DNA of 64,000 nucleotides. Origin: Octopus vulgaris. Lineage: Eukaryota. Position numbers and translations under genes: made by a program. Shown one piece after another: positions 1 to 14,751 of this stretch; position 1 is the stretch's first letter; each line of letters starts with the position of its first letter. Below the pieces are notes generated by a model. That model was not told the origin of the DNA. It did no database searches and was given only the letters and a program-made list of their open reading frames with translations. The stretch covers positions 25,172,001 to 25,236,000 of the forward strand of contig OX597822.1 in the NCBI GenBank assembly GCA_951406725.2, given 5' to 3'.

Positions 1-140
1 CAACTTTCTCTCACTCTTTTCTCTTGCATCTTGCAGCTAACCCGCGACGGACCGGCGTCCCGTCCAGGTGGGGAACCTATACGCTAAGGAAACCGGGAAA
101 CCGCCCTTATGAGTCAGGCGTGGCTCGAGAAGGAACAGAC
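1..140 (+). mobile_element. 3' half of tRNA-derived SINE family A, tail type 2; truncated by the window edge
   Basis: CAACTTTCTCTCACTCTT junction followed by GCGACGGACCGGCGTCCCGTCCAGGTGGGGAAC...GAAACCGGGAAACCG; matches the reverse complement of 54262-54410. Confidence 0.75.
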
Positions 141-145
141 GTGTT

Positions 146-375
146 GTATGCTATGTATGTATGTATGTATGTATGTATGTATGTATGTATGTATGTATGT
201 ATGTATGTATGTATGTATGCATGAATGCATGCATGTATGTATGTATGTATGTATGTATGTATGTATGTATGTATGTATGTATGTATGTATGTATGTATGT
301 ATGTATGTATGTATGTATGTATGTATGTATGTATGTATGTATGTATGTATGTATATATGTATGTATGTATGTATG

Positions 376-409
<34 letters not shown>

Positions 410-439
410 TGCATGTATATATGTATGTATGTATGTATG

Positions 440-473
<34 letters not shown>

Positions 474-479
474 TGTATG

Positions 480-511
<32 letters not shown>

Positions 512-575
512 CATGCATGTATGTATGTATGTATGTATGTATGTATGCATGTATATATGTATGTATGTATGTATG

Positions 576-609
<34 letters not shown>

Positions 610-627
610 TGTATGTATGCATGTATG

Positions 628-656
<29 letters not shown>
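146..656. repeat. (TATG)n tetranucleotide microsatellite, ~510 bp
   Basis: Directly visible, with occasional TGCA/TATA interruptions. Confidence 0.98.
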
Positions 657-658
<2 letters not shown>

Positions 659-1094
659 TATGTTTGGTATGTGTGACGTGTGTGTTATTCAAGGTGTGTA
701 ATAAGAATTTGTCAGTGTATGTCTGTGTGTGCACGTGCTCGTGTGTGTGGAGTGTATGTTACGTTATCTGTGTGTGGCAATGTGTGTGGCAATGTGTGTG
801 GCAATGGTGTTGTGTAGTGTGAATTTTATGTAACGTATGTGATATCTGCGATGATTAATTTGCGTGATATGTATGTGATATATGTATGATGTATGTGATA
901 TGCGACATGTGTATCGTATGTAATGTGATGTGTGCGATAATCAATTTGTGTGTTATATGTGTGATATATATCTAATGTGTGTGAGTGGTATGGTATGTGT
1001 GATATGTGTGCGATATGTGTGATGTTTTTGGTGTGAGATTTGTGAAGTATACGAGATGTATAATGCGTTTTATAGGGTGCGTGTGATGGTATAA

Positions 1095-1645
1095 TCTCGT
1101 ATATAAAATCCGTTCTGTCTGTGTGTGTGTCTTCTCGGATCTCGGGCATCCGCCATCCGATTGCGGCCAAATTTGATTTGTAGATACCGACGGTATCAGG
1201 GCGTGTATAAGTCTCGAAAAAGATTACAAAAATTGATTCCAGGTGAGAATGCGATCGATAAAGCCGTTTTTATCCTGCTTTTTTCCCCGTCAACCTGTAC
1301 ATAACTGCACCTTCCATTTTTGTTGTTTTTGTACTGCTTGAAGGCACGTTTCTTTCCTGCCAAGCTTACTGTTTAAACCATGTTTGTGTTCTCCAAGTCA
1401 ACAGCCTTATCATTACTGGTACTTTAAACTCTTCGGTTGCATATTTGTGTGAATAAAATCGTTTTTCTTTGGAATAGAAAAAAAGTCTATCTTTATTTCT
1501 TCTTTTGCTAGAGTCTCAAATTTAGGTTAAGTCAGCGTTTCTCAAAGGGGAGGCCTATGGGACGGTCGGACAAGTTGTTTTGAGAAAATTTGGTTTAAAT
1601 GTTTGACAACTCAGCACCGTTATTTGGAGGGCGGCGTTTTGCTCG
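1095..1645 (+). mobile_element. Non-autonomous Helitron-like element
   Basis: Begins TC after A (A|TCTCGTATATAAAATCCG) and ends CTCG before T, after a GC-rich subterminal segment; no TSD; second copy with the same termini at 50274-50609 (-). Confidence 0.65.
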
Positions 1646-2470
1646 TGTATCATATGTGTGATATATGTGCGGTATGTGTAATGTGTGTGATACGGGAGAT
1701 GTATAGTGACGTGAATAATGAATATTTTGCGTGATATGTGTGTGATATCTATCTGAAATGTCAGTGGTGTGGTATATAAAATATTTTATAGGTGTGTGGT
1801 AAATATGTGTTTTGCGTGAAATACATCATGGGGATGCGAGTTATTTGTGAACTTTATGCGTTTTCATGTGTATGTGGTACTTCATTACTGGGGTCGATGT
1901 TATCGACTAATTTGTTCCACAAGAACGTCAAGCCTTGTGCCTATAGCAAAAAGTAAAAAAAAACATATTTACAATGTGTAATGTGCGATATATGTGTTAT
2001 TTGAGAAATGTATGGGATTTGTGTAGTTATAATGATCAATGTGGTGCGCGTGATATGCGGTATGTATAATGTGTCATACGTAATGTTTGTTGTGTAATGT
2101 GCATGATGTTTACCATACAAATTATGTGATTTGTGTGATATGTAATATGGTATAGTGTAGGATGTGTTTCATGTGATAAGCGTGTAATGTGTGTTATACC
2201 GTTAACCTGTTTGTATGACTGGTTGTGAAATGAGATTATACATTGGCATAGTCAATAGATCGCTTACAATGAATACGACGACCGATAAGGTGAGGAACTA
2301 TTATGAAAATAGGGACGACTGATAACAGCAAGGTGAGGAACTATTATAAAAATGGCTGCAACGAAGATAATGAAGGTAAGTTTTAGATAAGCTGAAAAGA
2401 ACGAATAGCATGGTACCGTAGGCTGCAGGTAGGACTCCAGGAGCTCCAACAAAACCTGTGATAAAGAGAA

Positions 2471-2615
<145 letters not shown>

Positions 2616-4688
2616 GTAACGATTTGTTTTATTTGCCATTAGGGAAAATGATGAGGGGAACAAAACAAAGACGGATATCAAGTTAGGGAATTTACATATA
2701 ATGAAATGAGAGGGGGAAATATATATAAATGTATAGAAAATATACTCAGTATCCAATAAGACATAGAAGGGAGGCATACATGGGATAGTATAATAAAAAT
2801 AGAATTAAAAAGTAATAATAAAAATAATAATGATCAGCATCATCATCATCATCATGCCTTGGAATCAGTGGAACAATATCATTAGAAGTTATCATCATCA
2901 TCATCAACGTCATCGTCGTCGTCGGCGTCATCATCATCATCATCGTTATTATTATAAAATCGCGAGTTTGTTTACTTTTCTTGTTTGTATTCTATTCCAG
3001 GAAGAAAATTCTTTAAAACAGAGAAGCATGTCAAAATAAGTCGAAACGAAATATATTTATTCTCTTCAAGCAGAATGATTTGCTAGATAACAAAATTACA
3101 CAGATGAATAAAGATTGTTCGAAAGTCAACCCTCATCCACCCTAGATACAACACAAGCCTTTCTTTTTAGGAGGCTGGACACTAAAATCAGAAATATGTC
3201 GAGGTTTATTGAGGTGTATGTCGCATTCTGTTGAAATATAGCCCCTCATAAAAATTCCTGCTATTTAATCGAGGGCAAGTCTCCGAGTAAAAACAAGGGA
3301 CAGTTTAAAACTAAAGGGAAATAATTGGAGTTATGGAATGTTTCTGACATTCGGTCATCCGTTTAATGAAATTGGGGGAATGATACACGGTGGGGGAGGG
3401 TTAAGAAAAACGAAAGCGATTATAATCCCTTCGGCTGGTAAGGAGCGTTTTTCATTTCAAAATCTATTTTTACCATATATTACCACGACGACGACGAAGA
3501 TGAACTCTTCCCCCATCATCATCCTCATCATCATCACTATCATCACCATCACCACCACCACTTGGAACTTGGTCGCCTTGAGCGGAGTTAATGCACTTTG
3601 CAAGCATTGGAACAAGATCATCTTAGATTCGAAGAAATCACGATCGACTTGCAATGAAAGCCATGACTCTTAGATTTTTACCGTTTCTTTCTGTAACTAG
3701 TCTGAAAAGCCGTGTTAAATATCATGGACGCTAACTTCTGTCATTTGATTAAGTTTTAAACACCATTTTTACACATATTTTGAACCTAAAAAATATCCTG
3801 ATAGTGAAATAGAAAGCCATCTAAGCCTCATTCAAGAAAACAAAAATTTGAATTGAGAATTAAAGAGTTAGTGATATATTGTCCAATATATCCAATACTT
3901 GGAAATCATGATGATTCTTTACAACTATAAAAACCAAGTTGCAGGTGATGAAGCTAGATGTATACATAAAATCACTCATGTTTACATTCCGGCATGCAGT
4001 TCACGCTCCACTGTTGGCTCAATGTCAAACGCAGGGGAACGTTCCGAGTGTGGCATAGTATAAATAATAGCTTAAATGCACTGGGGTTCACTACACCTGT
4101 TTCACACGTGTTTTTTTTATTGATGAACAAATCAATTACATCATGTAAAAGAAACCGTTTCTTTTTACATGATGTAATTTAACATTCAAGATCTTTCACA
4201 CAAGTAGTACAGGATGTATATTGATTCTCTTATCTCGGTGCTGGTTGATATATGTATATATATGTATATATATGTATATATATATATATATATATATAAA
4301 ATATTACATTTGTACACATATGTTTGTTTGTGAAAGTGTAAATGTGTGTACGTTTTTGTATGTTTGCCTTTTGCGTTGCTGAATTGGAACCTCAGATCAA
4401 ACGCTAATGTCACTTGCACATATATAATACACTTCAAATATAGAGCTTTAACAAATTGCACAAACATACAGACACTCTCCCACGCACACAAGAATTCACG
4501 AACCCATTCACAAATCGCGTCAGAATTTCTCATTTTTTTTCCTCTTCAAAAATGTTATAAAATATGTCATACCTCATGTTACTATAAGCTGTGTAATTTA
4601 TAAAATATTTTATAAGTTTAATTTTAATTTTACTATTCATGCAGCTGACATTTCTGCTGTAACCAATCTACCAATATGCCATTCCTGC

Positions 4689-5337
<649 letters not shown>

Positions 5338-5370
5338 ATTAATAATAATAATGGTAACAACAACAACAAT

Positions 5371-5583
5371 CTAGATGTGATACCAATAATAATTGTATAC
5401 CTTCGAAGTATCAGCACTCAGTTACCAACATGGCTAAAAAAGATTGGTGCAAGGGTGAAGGCAGAGTATAAAAAAAAATCAGCATTGTTGAAGCATGACT
5501 AGTAAACAAGTGTCACCTTAGTCTGCTGGCTGTGGACAGATGACACTTTCCATCATACCCAGCAAAATAAGATGTGAGTTTTC
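5371..5583 (+). mobile_element. 3'-end fragment of an R4/Dong-like (RLE) non-LTR retrotransposon
   Basis: Encodes LDVIPIIIVYLRSISTQLPTWLKKIG...KKSALL, which resembles the C-terminus of R4/Dong ORFs (compare 52062-52415); followed directly by (TAA)n at 5584-5651. Confidence 0.6.
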
Positions 5584-5651
<68 letters not shown>

Positions 5652-5654
5652 CTT

Positions 5655-5863
5655 TTATATAATAGGTACAAAGCCTGAAATTTGGAGGAGGCATATAGTT
5701 GATTACATCGACCTCAGGACTCAAATGGTATTTTTTTTTTTTTGACGCCGAAGAATGAAAGGCAAAGTTAACCTCGGTGGAATTTGAACTCAGAACGTGC
5801 AGGCAGATGAAATGTCGCTAAGCTTTTTGCCCAACCTACTAACAATTCCGCCAGCTCACCGTC
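5655..5863 (-). mobile_element. tRNA-derived SINE family C
   Basis: Reverse complement reads GGTGAGCTGGCGGAATTGTTAG...GTTCTGAGTTCAAATTCCACCGAGG...GCCTTTCATTC; A/B-box-like head. Confidence 0.8.
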
Positions 5864-5895
5864 TTATTCCTATATATTATTATTATTATTACCAG

Positions 5896-6240
5896 TATTG
5901 AGAGAGCAGTGCATGCCATCAAAGTGACACTGGGGTAAAATATACAAAACCCAGTATACCCATCATGATTACCTGTCTGATAAGGGTACACCAGGCACAT
6001 GCATCACAACCATATGTGCACGATATGGTGATCTCATATCAAGATAAACAGTGCATGACCTTGCAGGTGGGGCCCAATTAGAATTTTCTTCAGGTTGAGT
6101 AGCCCATCCCACTCAAAAGGTCCCTGAATAAGGTTTTTTTTAAGGATGTTGAATGAAACACCCATGTTTCCATAGGGGAATTATCCAAACACCAAATAAT
6201 TCCTCTCGACACATGGCTATGATGCTCCCCCAACTACTTC
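5896..6240 (-). mobile_element. Family X repeat, 3' part, inverted relative to 4838-5337
   Basis: TATTGAGAGAGCAGTGCATGCCATCAAAGTGACACTGGGGTAAAATATAC is the reverse complement of the family X 3' end; flanked by (TTA)n. Confidence 0.8.
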
Positions 6241-6243
6241 GGC

Positions 6244-6322
<79 letters not shown>

Positions 6323-6965
6323 TCTCAAGTGATTAAAAAAAATTTCAATATATATTTTAATCTATTTTTTTCAGAAATCTTTCGAAGTCATTTCTCAAAC
6401 ATTTTTCGTTTTCGTTTTCATATTTTACTGTTCTAGAAATTTCGTTCTTCTTTTCAAAGTTAGAAAAGAATATATTGAACAATATATAAAACGAAATAAT
6501 ACGAGAAAGGACGTTATACTTTCGTAAACTTGGACAAAGCCACTGGGAAGGCGGTGTTTCCACTAGCAACACAAAATGTCTTCAAAATAACTATATATTC
6601 GTATATTTTGCTTAGGAGGAACAATCGAGTACAACATCGACACCAGTAGTTGACTGGTACATATATTATTGAAATTGCATGAAATGCAAATCTACTACAG
6701 GGTCATTTTAAGTTGGAGCATAAAGGGACGTAAATAGATTATAGTGCAATTGTGGTTTCTTTGTTCTGCTGATAACAGCTAATATACCACTATACTGTTA
6801 ATAACATTAGATTCTTGTGTATTTTTGGTTGTTGAAAAGGAAGCAAATAACAAACGGAAGAGAAACAAAATAAAGAGAGTGGGAGAAAGAGAGGGGGAAA
6901 GAGTTTGTGGAAAGATTATATGTGCGTGTGTCTGTGTATTTGTACATGAGAGTTGGATCTATTTT

Positions 6966-6966
<1 letters not shown>

Positions 6967-7039
<73 letters not shown>

Positions 7040-7045
7040 AATCTA

Positions 7046-7115
<70 letters not shown>

Positions 7116-7116
7116 A

Positions 7117-7206
<90 letters not shown>

Positions 7207-7226
7207 TGTCTGTCTATCTATCTGCC

Positions 7227-7290
<64 letters not shown>

Positions 7291-7323
7291 CATCTGTGTG
7301 TGTGTGTGTGTGTGTTTGTGTGT
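6967..7323. repeat. Compound (CTAT)/(CTGT)/(CT)/(TA)/(TG) microsatellite
   Basis: Directly visible. Confidence 0.95.
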
Positions 7324-7665
7324 GTAGGAAACATGAAATGATTAGGGTAGGGTGGGAATATTACTAGAAAAATTTGGAATATTTCGATGTGAACGGCAAC
7401 AGAAAACGTATGTGTGAGTGTGTGTATGTATGTATGTATGTATGTATGTATGTATGTATGTATGTATGTATGTATGTATGTATGTATGAATTAAAGGGAG
7501 AGGATTGGGAAGGACTGAGAATGCAAGGATGTATAGAACAAAGTGGAAGTTGTTGGAAAGGTGACGCAGAGACACAGTGACACAGAAACAGATTGACATT
7601 CAAAGACCAATTTCTATAAATGTATGTATAGAGTCATATAATATATATGAATAATTTTGCACATG

Positions 7666-7739
<74 letters not shown>

Positions 7740-7849
7740 ACACACGCATACATGTAGTCGTATAATCAACAACAAAAAGAAGTTGGGTGCATCTGTACCC
7801 AATTCAACCCTACTGCAGCTTTGCCATTTTTTTCACTAAGGATTAAAAC

Positions 7850-8090
7850 ACATCCTGCTTCCTTATCCGATTCACGAATCACTGCTCGATGTTCTTCCTG
7901 ATTCCAACGATAATCAGGTTGCTCATTGTAGATCTGTGATTAAAACCTCATGACCTCCACCTCTACACTAAGCACCGTACATTACCATCATCACGCCTCA
8001 TCCGATTCCCTAAGTTCTTCATATTTTAGACACTTCCTTTTCCGTGCCCTCTAAATACTGCATTTCGAAGGCACCAACAACTCAGCAAAC
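7850..8090 (-). mobile_element. Degenerate RLE-domain fragment of a HERO/NeSL-like non-LTR retrotransposon
   Basis: Minus-strand translation AELLVPSKCSI*RARKRKCLKYEELRES..W*CTVLSVEV/(shift)*GFNHRST resembles the ELTVPWE..AHERK..KY..L..GW....VEVG.RGF signature; multiple stops. Confidence 0.5.
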
Positions 8091-8524
8091 GGTCAACTTA
8101 CGTCTAAATATATATTCCCCACCTCAGAAATGAGGTATAGCACGCCTAGGAATGAAATGCAAAACACTGCTATCACATACTGCTTTCAATATAAGTATGA
8201 ATATTGAGTAATGATGAATACTTAGTCATATATTAATTGCTGTAGCTCTTCTTCATTGACTAACAATGCTTATCCAACAGTACAATATAGTACAATATAG
8301 TACAATATAGTACATACAGTACAATATAGTATTTAAAAGAGCATACTGACACTCTCAATACATTCCTGTTGTACGTATAAATATCATATATTAGATCTCG
8401 CAAAATGCTGCGTCCCAGTCATAAGCGCAATGCATACGATAGCTGATAAAAACTTCTCAGTTATACCATTTAAGATGGCATATCCTTTTTAAAAGCCAAT
8501 ATCAACTCAAGATGAACATAAAAT

Positions 8525-8643
8525 GTCTGTCTGGTTAAGAATTTTGCTTTACAACCAAGTAGTTTCGAGTTCAATCCCACAGTGTAACTCTGGCCCTGCA
8601 AATTCTTTGTGAGTGAATTTGAGAGTCGGAAACTGCGAAGAAG

Positions 8644-8646
<3 letters not shown>
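8525..8646 (+). mobile_element. Diverged SINE family B 5' half
   Basis: TGGTTAAGAATTTTGC...GAGTTCAATCCCAC...GTGAGTGAATTTG...CGGAAACTG followed by (TA)n. Confidence 0.55.
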
Positions 8647-8698
<52 letters not shown>

Positions 8699-8826
8699 GG
8701 GAGAGATTACGAAAAAAACATAAGACAAAACAAACAGATGTATTAGTATAACGCTCAGGAATAGAAAAAGTCTTTTACGTTTCGAGCCTACGCTCTTCTA
8801 CAGAAAGGGACACAGAAAATAAACAA

Positions 8827-8828
<2 letters not shown>
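8699..8828 (-). mobile_element. Putative Penelope-like pLTR fragment with hammerhead-like motif (8772-8807)
   Basis: Reverse complement CTTT-CTGTAGA-A-GAGC-GTAG-GCTC-GAAACGT-A-AAAG; near-identical copy at 35120-35290; flanked by (TA)n. Confidence 0.55.
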
Positions 8829-8868
<40 letters not shown>

Positions 8869-8872
8869 ACAA

Positions 8873-8907
<35 letters not shown>

Positions 8908-8997
8908 TAATAATAATAACAATAATAATAATAATAATGATAAATTGGCAACAAAAGAATGAGACCTCGATATTAGGTAAATAGAAGAATTATATAT

Positions 8998-9100
8998 GTA
9001 TAGTATAGGACAATAATGTAAGTTGTCATTATAGGACTCACAGTTTCAAATACCGGTATCTGAGTCCTATTATGACAACTTACTGATTGTTCTATACTAT
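8998..9100. repeat. Inverted repeat with ~42-bp arms; right arm abuts (TA)n
   Basis: TAGTATAGGACAAT..GTAAGTTGTCATTATAGGACTCA / TGAGTCCTATTATGACAACTTAC..ATTGTTCTATACTA; a related single arm lies at ~51683-51712. Confidence 0.85.
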
Positions 9101-9183
9101 ATATATATATATACTTACATACAAATATACATACATGCATGCATACATACATATATACATACATACATACATACATACATACA

Positions 9184-9214
<31 letters not shown>

Positions 9215-9230
9215 GTATAGGTATGTATGA

Positions 9231-9271
<41 letters not shown>

Positions 9272-9344
9272 CGTTCTTCCACCGCAACCGCTTGACAACC
9301 GGTATCGGTTTTTTAACTCTGTAACTTTCAGTGGCTTTTTAGCG

Positions 9345-9651
9345 GAGCTGTCAATCGCAAACTTATGGTTCCTTGTATCATGATTTCGCTAACTGTTTGA
9401 GGGGCTTGTGTAGCCGCTAGCAGACACAAACAGCCTCTCGACCGTCACTCCTTGATCCGGCAGAATATCGGGGATGTGACAAGTGGTAGGAACGAGGCCT
9501 GCGCCAGCAGTTGGCTGGTGTCCAATTTTAGTTGAGTAAAGTAGAGCAACGTGAAATGATATTCCTTGCTCAAGGACGCAGTGCGTCGCCTGTGCATGAA
9601 TCGGATCCATAGCTTTGTGATAGTGAACCGAATGCTCTAATCACTAAGCTA
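9345..9651 (-). mobile_element. tRNA-derived SINE family D, diverged
   Basis: Reverse complement TAGCTTAGTGATTAGAGCATTCGGTTCAC...GTCCTTGAGCAAGG..ATTTCACGTTGCTCT; similar head at 21480 and 35495. Confidence 0.55.
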
Positions 9652-9820
9652 ATGAAAATATTTCTTATGAAGAAATATATATACATAAATACAACTTTCG
9701 TTTGAAGCTGATAGCCATGGCAAAGCTTCTTCAAGAATATCATCTTTCGAAATATTGAGAAAGCACAATAAAATGAAATTATGCAGATGCACGTTCATAT
9801 GTACATACATTCCTTCTTTC

Positions 9821-9891
<71 letters not shown>

Positions 9892-10699
9892 CAAGCGTCC
9901 CAACACACATTATGCTAACTGTATTTATAACACCTAGTGAAATAGAAAAATGCTTGGAAATGTCACTTGTCTGCAAGAGAAAATCCAGCTTATCTTATTC
10001 TCCCTTCACGTTAAGTCATCAAGTAATTACTCTTAATTCTCTCTTTCAGAGTTGCTATCAACTACTGCTCGGTTTTTGTTTACTGCCTTTGTAATTTATA
10101 TATTAAAAATAAAGAAGAAAAAGCTGGCACTCCGTTGGCTACGGTGACGAAGGTTCCAATTGATCCGATGGATCTTTTCAGTTTGGGAGCCATTTCTCAA
10201 TCCCTTCAATTCTTACTCGAATTTGTTTCATATTCGGCGTAATAATATGGTTTTATATGCTAATCACTGATTTGAAATTCATTTCCGCAATAAATCCATA
10301 AAGAGTTATAAGCTTTTAAAGTTTGAAAATTTTGGGTAATTTTAGCCAACCGTAAGCCACAGACACATTCACGTTTGTTTCCATAGTAACAAGCCAAATA
10401 TGAGAACTCTTTTGTCTGTGAGATAGCACGTATTGATAAATATATTCTACGCGAAGGCATGTGCGTCCATCCTGTTTTCTGCTGCTAAAATGTGCTAAAA
10501 ATAACAGCCAAATATGCCTTAAATCACCCCCCCCCCAATTATTGTTGTTACTTTTGCATAATCGTATGAATTCCTAAGTGTAGAATACAAATTCGCAAAA
10601 ATGCTCTGAAATTCCAAAAAATAAGAAAAAAGTTGTGAGGGGTTATATGTTGTGCGTAAAGTAGAGGTTTATTTATTTACAGTTTCATATTAAAACATG

Positions 10700-11039
10700 T
10701 GTTGTATAGTGAAACTGTACACTCCTCCCGGTAAAAAGTGGTAGTAACCAGCCATTATAAATAGGCCAGTAGCCGGTCGACAGGCAGAAGGTCGGGAAAG
10801 TTGAGAGTACGTGTAGACTGTGTTGGTAGTCGTGTCTGTGCTGATATAGTAATTATACTGTGATACTGAGTGGACTTTATAACGAGTCAACCTTTTGTTG
10901 ATAATAACACTGTACGATTGGGGTTCATACAGTGCCAGATAGAAACATTCTATCGACGACTCCGGAATATAATATCTGTCAGAGTGACAACCGTCGTCAA
11001 AAGACAGGTAAAACAGTGGCAAAAGACCGTTTTACAACA
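10700..11039 (+). mobile_element. 5' LTR (340 bp) of a Ty3/Gypsy retrotransposon
   Basis: Perfect 7-bp terminal inverted repeat TGTTGTA...TACAACA, followed by PBS-like GTGGCGAAGA and gag. Confidence 0.75.
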
Positions 11040-13000
11040 GTGGCGAAGAATAAAAACAAATTTACGCGGAGTGAAAAAAAATAAAACATTCACACAGAGA
11101 GTTTAAATTAATTCACGTGGAGAATTATATACTTCGACAAAAAATCTTGCTGTGCAAACTTACGAAAATTGTAAAATATGGAAGACAACAACAACAACTC
11201 AAGGAACAACGGGAACAACAACAAAGATTGCAACAGCAAATGCTGCAACAAATGAAGCTGATAACTAAACCGGAGAATACAATTTCACCTGACCATGTAG
11301 CAATTTCCATAAGTGAATTCAAATATGACCTCAAAAAAAGAAGTAACCTTCGAGGCTTGCTTTCGAATATTGCAACAAAATTTTGAGAAAGCACGACAGG
11401 ATTGGAGGTACGAAATGAAAACGCGTCTAGTTCTAAGAAAGCTTGAGAAGCATAGTAACTTCATATTGACAAAATAAGTGTCTGACATAATTTTCACCGA
11501 CACAGTTGACATTTTGTGTAAAATATTTAGCGAAAAGAGCTGACTGTTTAATACTAGATGGAAAAGTTTAACCATAGAAAAGGGCGAAGAGGAAGACTTC
11601 ACTACTTACTCAGGCAGAGACAACAAAGAATGCAAGAGATTTAGGCTAGATATGCTTACTCCAGATTTTTGCACAAGGATTAACAGATGGATGGGATGGA
11701 GAAATCCGAAATGGAAATTCTATCAAAACTGGAAATGAACCAGGATTTGATATTGCAGAAACTGTTGGAAGAGTGTGATAGGATATTAAAATTAAGGCAT
11801 AACATGGAAGAAATTCAACGGAAAGAATGTTTCCACATAAGGCCAGTGCAAGTAAGTCGGAAGACAAATAAAGTGTTGCAGGAAAAATAGAAAAAATATC
11901 GGGATGCAGACTCATGCATTGCATGTGGTGGGATGCACCTGAAAAAAGATTGTCCACATAAAAAAGCAAAGCGTTTTGGCTGAGGATTTACAGGACATAT
12001 AAAATCACACTGCAAACCTAGAATGAGCAAACAAGAAAAAATAAATAATTTGTCAGCAGGAAAAGTTGTGACTACAACAAACAAAAAATTCGTGAATGTG
12101 AAAATTGAAAACATTAGTGTCAGAAAACAATTAGACACAGGAAGTGATATCACAATCATAAATGAGAAAACATGGGAACAAATGGGTAAAACCAAAATTA
12201 TGTAGTTCAAGCAAAATATCGTACGGTGCTACGGGAAGAAAATTATGTTTCTCTGGCGAACGCGTTTGTAATATAATGTTCAAATGTCGAACCAAAAAAG
12301 TGAATGTTTATGTGTTGAAAAAAATTTATGTATTTATTTGGCATCGAATGTATGGAGAAATTTAATTTATGGGATACACCCATAAACGCTTTGTGCAATA
12401 GCGTAAACGGAGCAGTCAAACGATCGAACGAGGTCGATGAACAGAAACAAAAAAATAGCCATGTGGAACATTATGTGTGAACTACCAGTAATTTTGGAAG
12501 AAATAAAAAGAAATGCGAAAAATGACAAATTTATTAATGAAACAAAAAGGAAACTGTGCTCGACAAAAGGAAATAAAGGTCTGATGCAAAGAACCGCCAA
12601 GAACGTGTACTCTATATGAGATGGTGTATTAATGTACGCTCAAAAATGCGAAACTTGGCCAGAAGTGAAAATACCATGGTCCCGATTGCATATCGATTTT
12701 GCAGACCCAGTAAATGGATATTATTACTTAATAGTAGGGGACAGCTACACAAAATTGCCCGAGGTTGCGAGGTGTAAACGATCAACCTCATATACAGTAA
12801 TAAACTTTTTACACGAGCTGTTTGCAAGATTTGGCGTACCGGATATAACTGTCTTTGATAACGGAACACAGTTTGTATCATGGGAGTTTAAAGGATTCTG
12901 CGAGATGTTCACATTAGAACATAAAACTATAGCAACCGTATCACCCGAGATCGAACGGAAGGGCCGAACGGTTCGTGGGTACTTTTAAGAGAGTTTATGA
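11040..13000 (+). pseudogene. Degenerate gag-pol of a Ty3/Gypsy (probably Mag-like) element; RT/RNase H not seen; 3' truncated
   Basis: Gln-rich gag N-terminus; paired zinc knuckles CIACGGMHLKKDC / ..GFTGHIKSHC (~11915-12013); protease QLDTGSDITII; integrase PWSRLHIDFA...LFARFGVPD...DNGTQF (12632-12988); many stops and frameshifts. Confidence 0.9.
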
Positions 13001-13003
13001 ACG

Positions 13004-13059
<56 letters not shown>

Positions 13060-14245
13060 ACATGTATATGCATGCATATGTATGCATATAAGTATGCATG
13101 CATGTATTTATGCATATATGCATGTGTGTGTATGCATGTATATATGCGTGTATGTATGTAAACATGCATGCATGCGTGTGTGTGTGTTTGTGTGTATGTG
13201 TAAACTACAAGAATGGAGTATGTCTTAATTACATTAATTTACAATTGTTTAATCTGAATTCGATCTCTTGAATATATTACATTATGCAATAATATATACA
13301 ATCATAAAACAATCAATCACCGAATGTCTATCCGACAGTTTGACCCCGTGTGTGAGCTTAATATGGTAAACTCCATGGGTAACACCCAAATGGAATTACT
13401 ACGTATGTACATTCGTATGAATATATGCATTCGCAGATTAGTTATTTCACAGTTTCTCTTATTGCCGTTCGAAAAGAATTCATATATAATTTGGTTTATA
13501 TATGTTTTTCGTCCTCTGCTCTAACAGTCAACATATCGTTCTGTTTATTCCAACTATGAAACCAATCCTATTACAACCAGCACCTCTCTTTCTTTGGTAA
13601 TTAGTTCCGTTTCGGTTGCTTTTCCAGTCACTTTTTTCATTTGGCAGGACGTTGTTTTGGCTCCAGTTCTGAAGGTCATCATAGTTTTCTGTTTTTCATT
13701 TTTCTCTTTTTTTTTAATGTATATTATTATTTTTTTTCAAAAAAAAATGTTGTCTTTTAATTTTAGAGGTTGAGGGTGATTTGACATTTTGTCTGTCACC
13801 ACTGTCAAAGTACAAAAAGAGAAAATTATAATAACTTACAAATAAAACAAATTACAAAGAATAGAAACTAAACCTCGATTCGTTTTGCCTACAGTTTAGC
13901 CTAACAAGCCTCACGCACTTCCAGCAGCCAGACAGGCAGACAGGCAATCAATCCGTTACTGAGAGATTGGATGAGTTAGTCATTTCTAAATCTCCTAAAT
14001 CACGTCACTTATCTCGCAGCCTTTCATCACGTGATTAAAACTTCGCTACAATGAAAATGACATCATTGAAATTTCTCACGATTTATTTGTATATGTACAT
14101 GGGTGTTCGTATATGTATGCATATACATGCATACATACATACATACATACATACATACATACATACATACATACGTACATACATACGTACATGCATACAT
14201 ACATACATACATAATTACATACACATACATACATACAGACAGGCA

Positions 14246-14352
<107 letters not shown>

Positions 14353-14751
14353 TACACACACGCACGATATCCTACTGTGAAATTTGAAGAACATTTTTCA
14401 CGAAGTTGCTTATCTATGTGCGTGCGCGCATGTGTGTGTGTATGTGTGTATGCATACATATATATGCATACATGTACATCGACACGTATATACACACACA
14501 CAAACACTTGCATAAATATATGCAAGTTTATATACTATTTCTGTCTGTATATCTGTCTGTCTTTGTCTCTCTCACGCACACGCACACATTATTGAATTTT
14601 ATCTTTTCGTTTTGAAATTGCTTACGTACCTGGAAACTAGTATTAAAGGGAAAAGCAAATAGCAATGCAGGAAGGATAAATACAAAAAAATTGGTAAAAG
14701 ATTTCATGTGAGTAGCCATACAACAGGATATGTATATATATATATATAAGA

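Noticed and set aside
107-822. Long ORFs such as (MYVC)n, (HTYI)n, (YI)n and (LSIY)n here and throughout the window
   Set aside because: They are stop-free translations of microsatellites, not genes.
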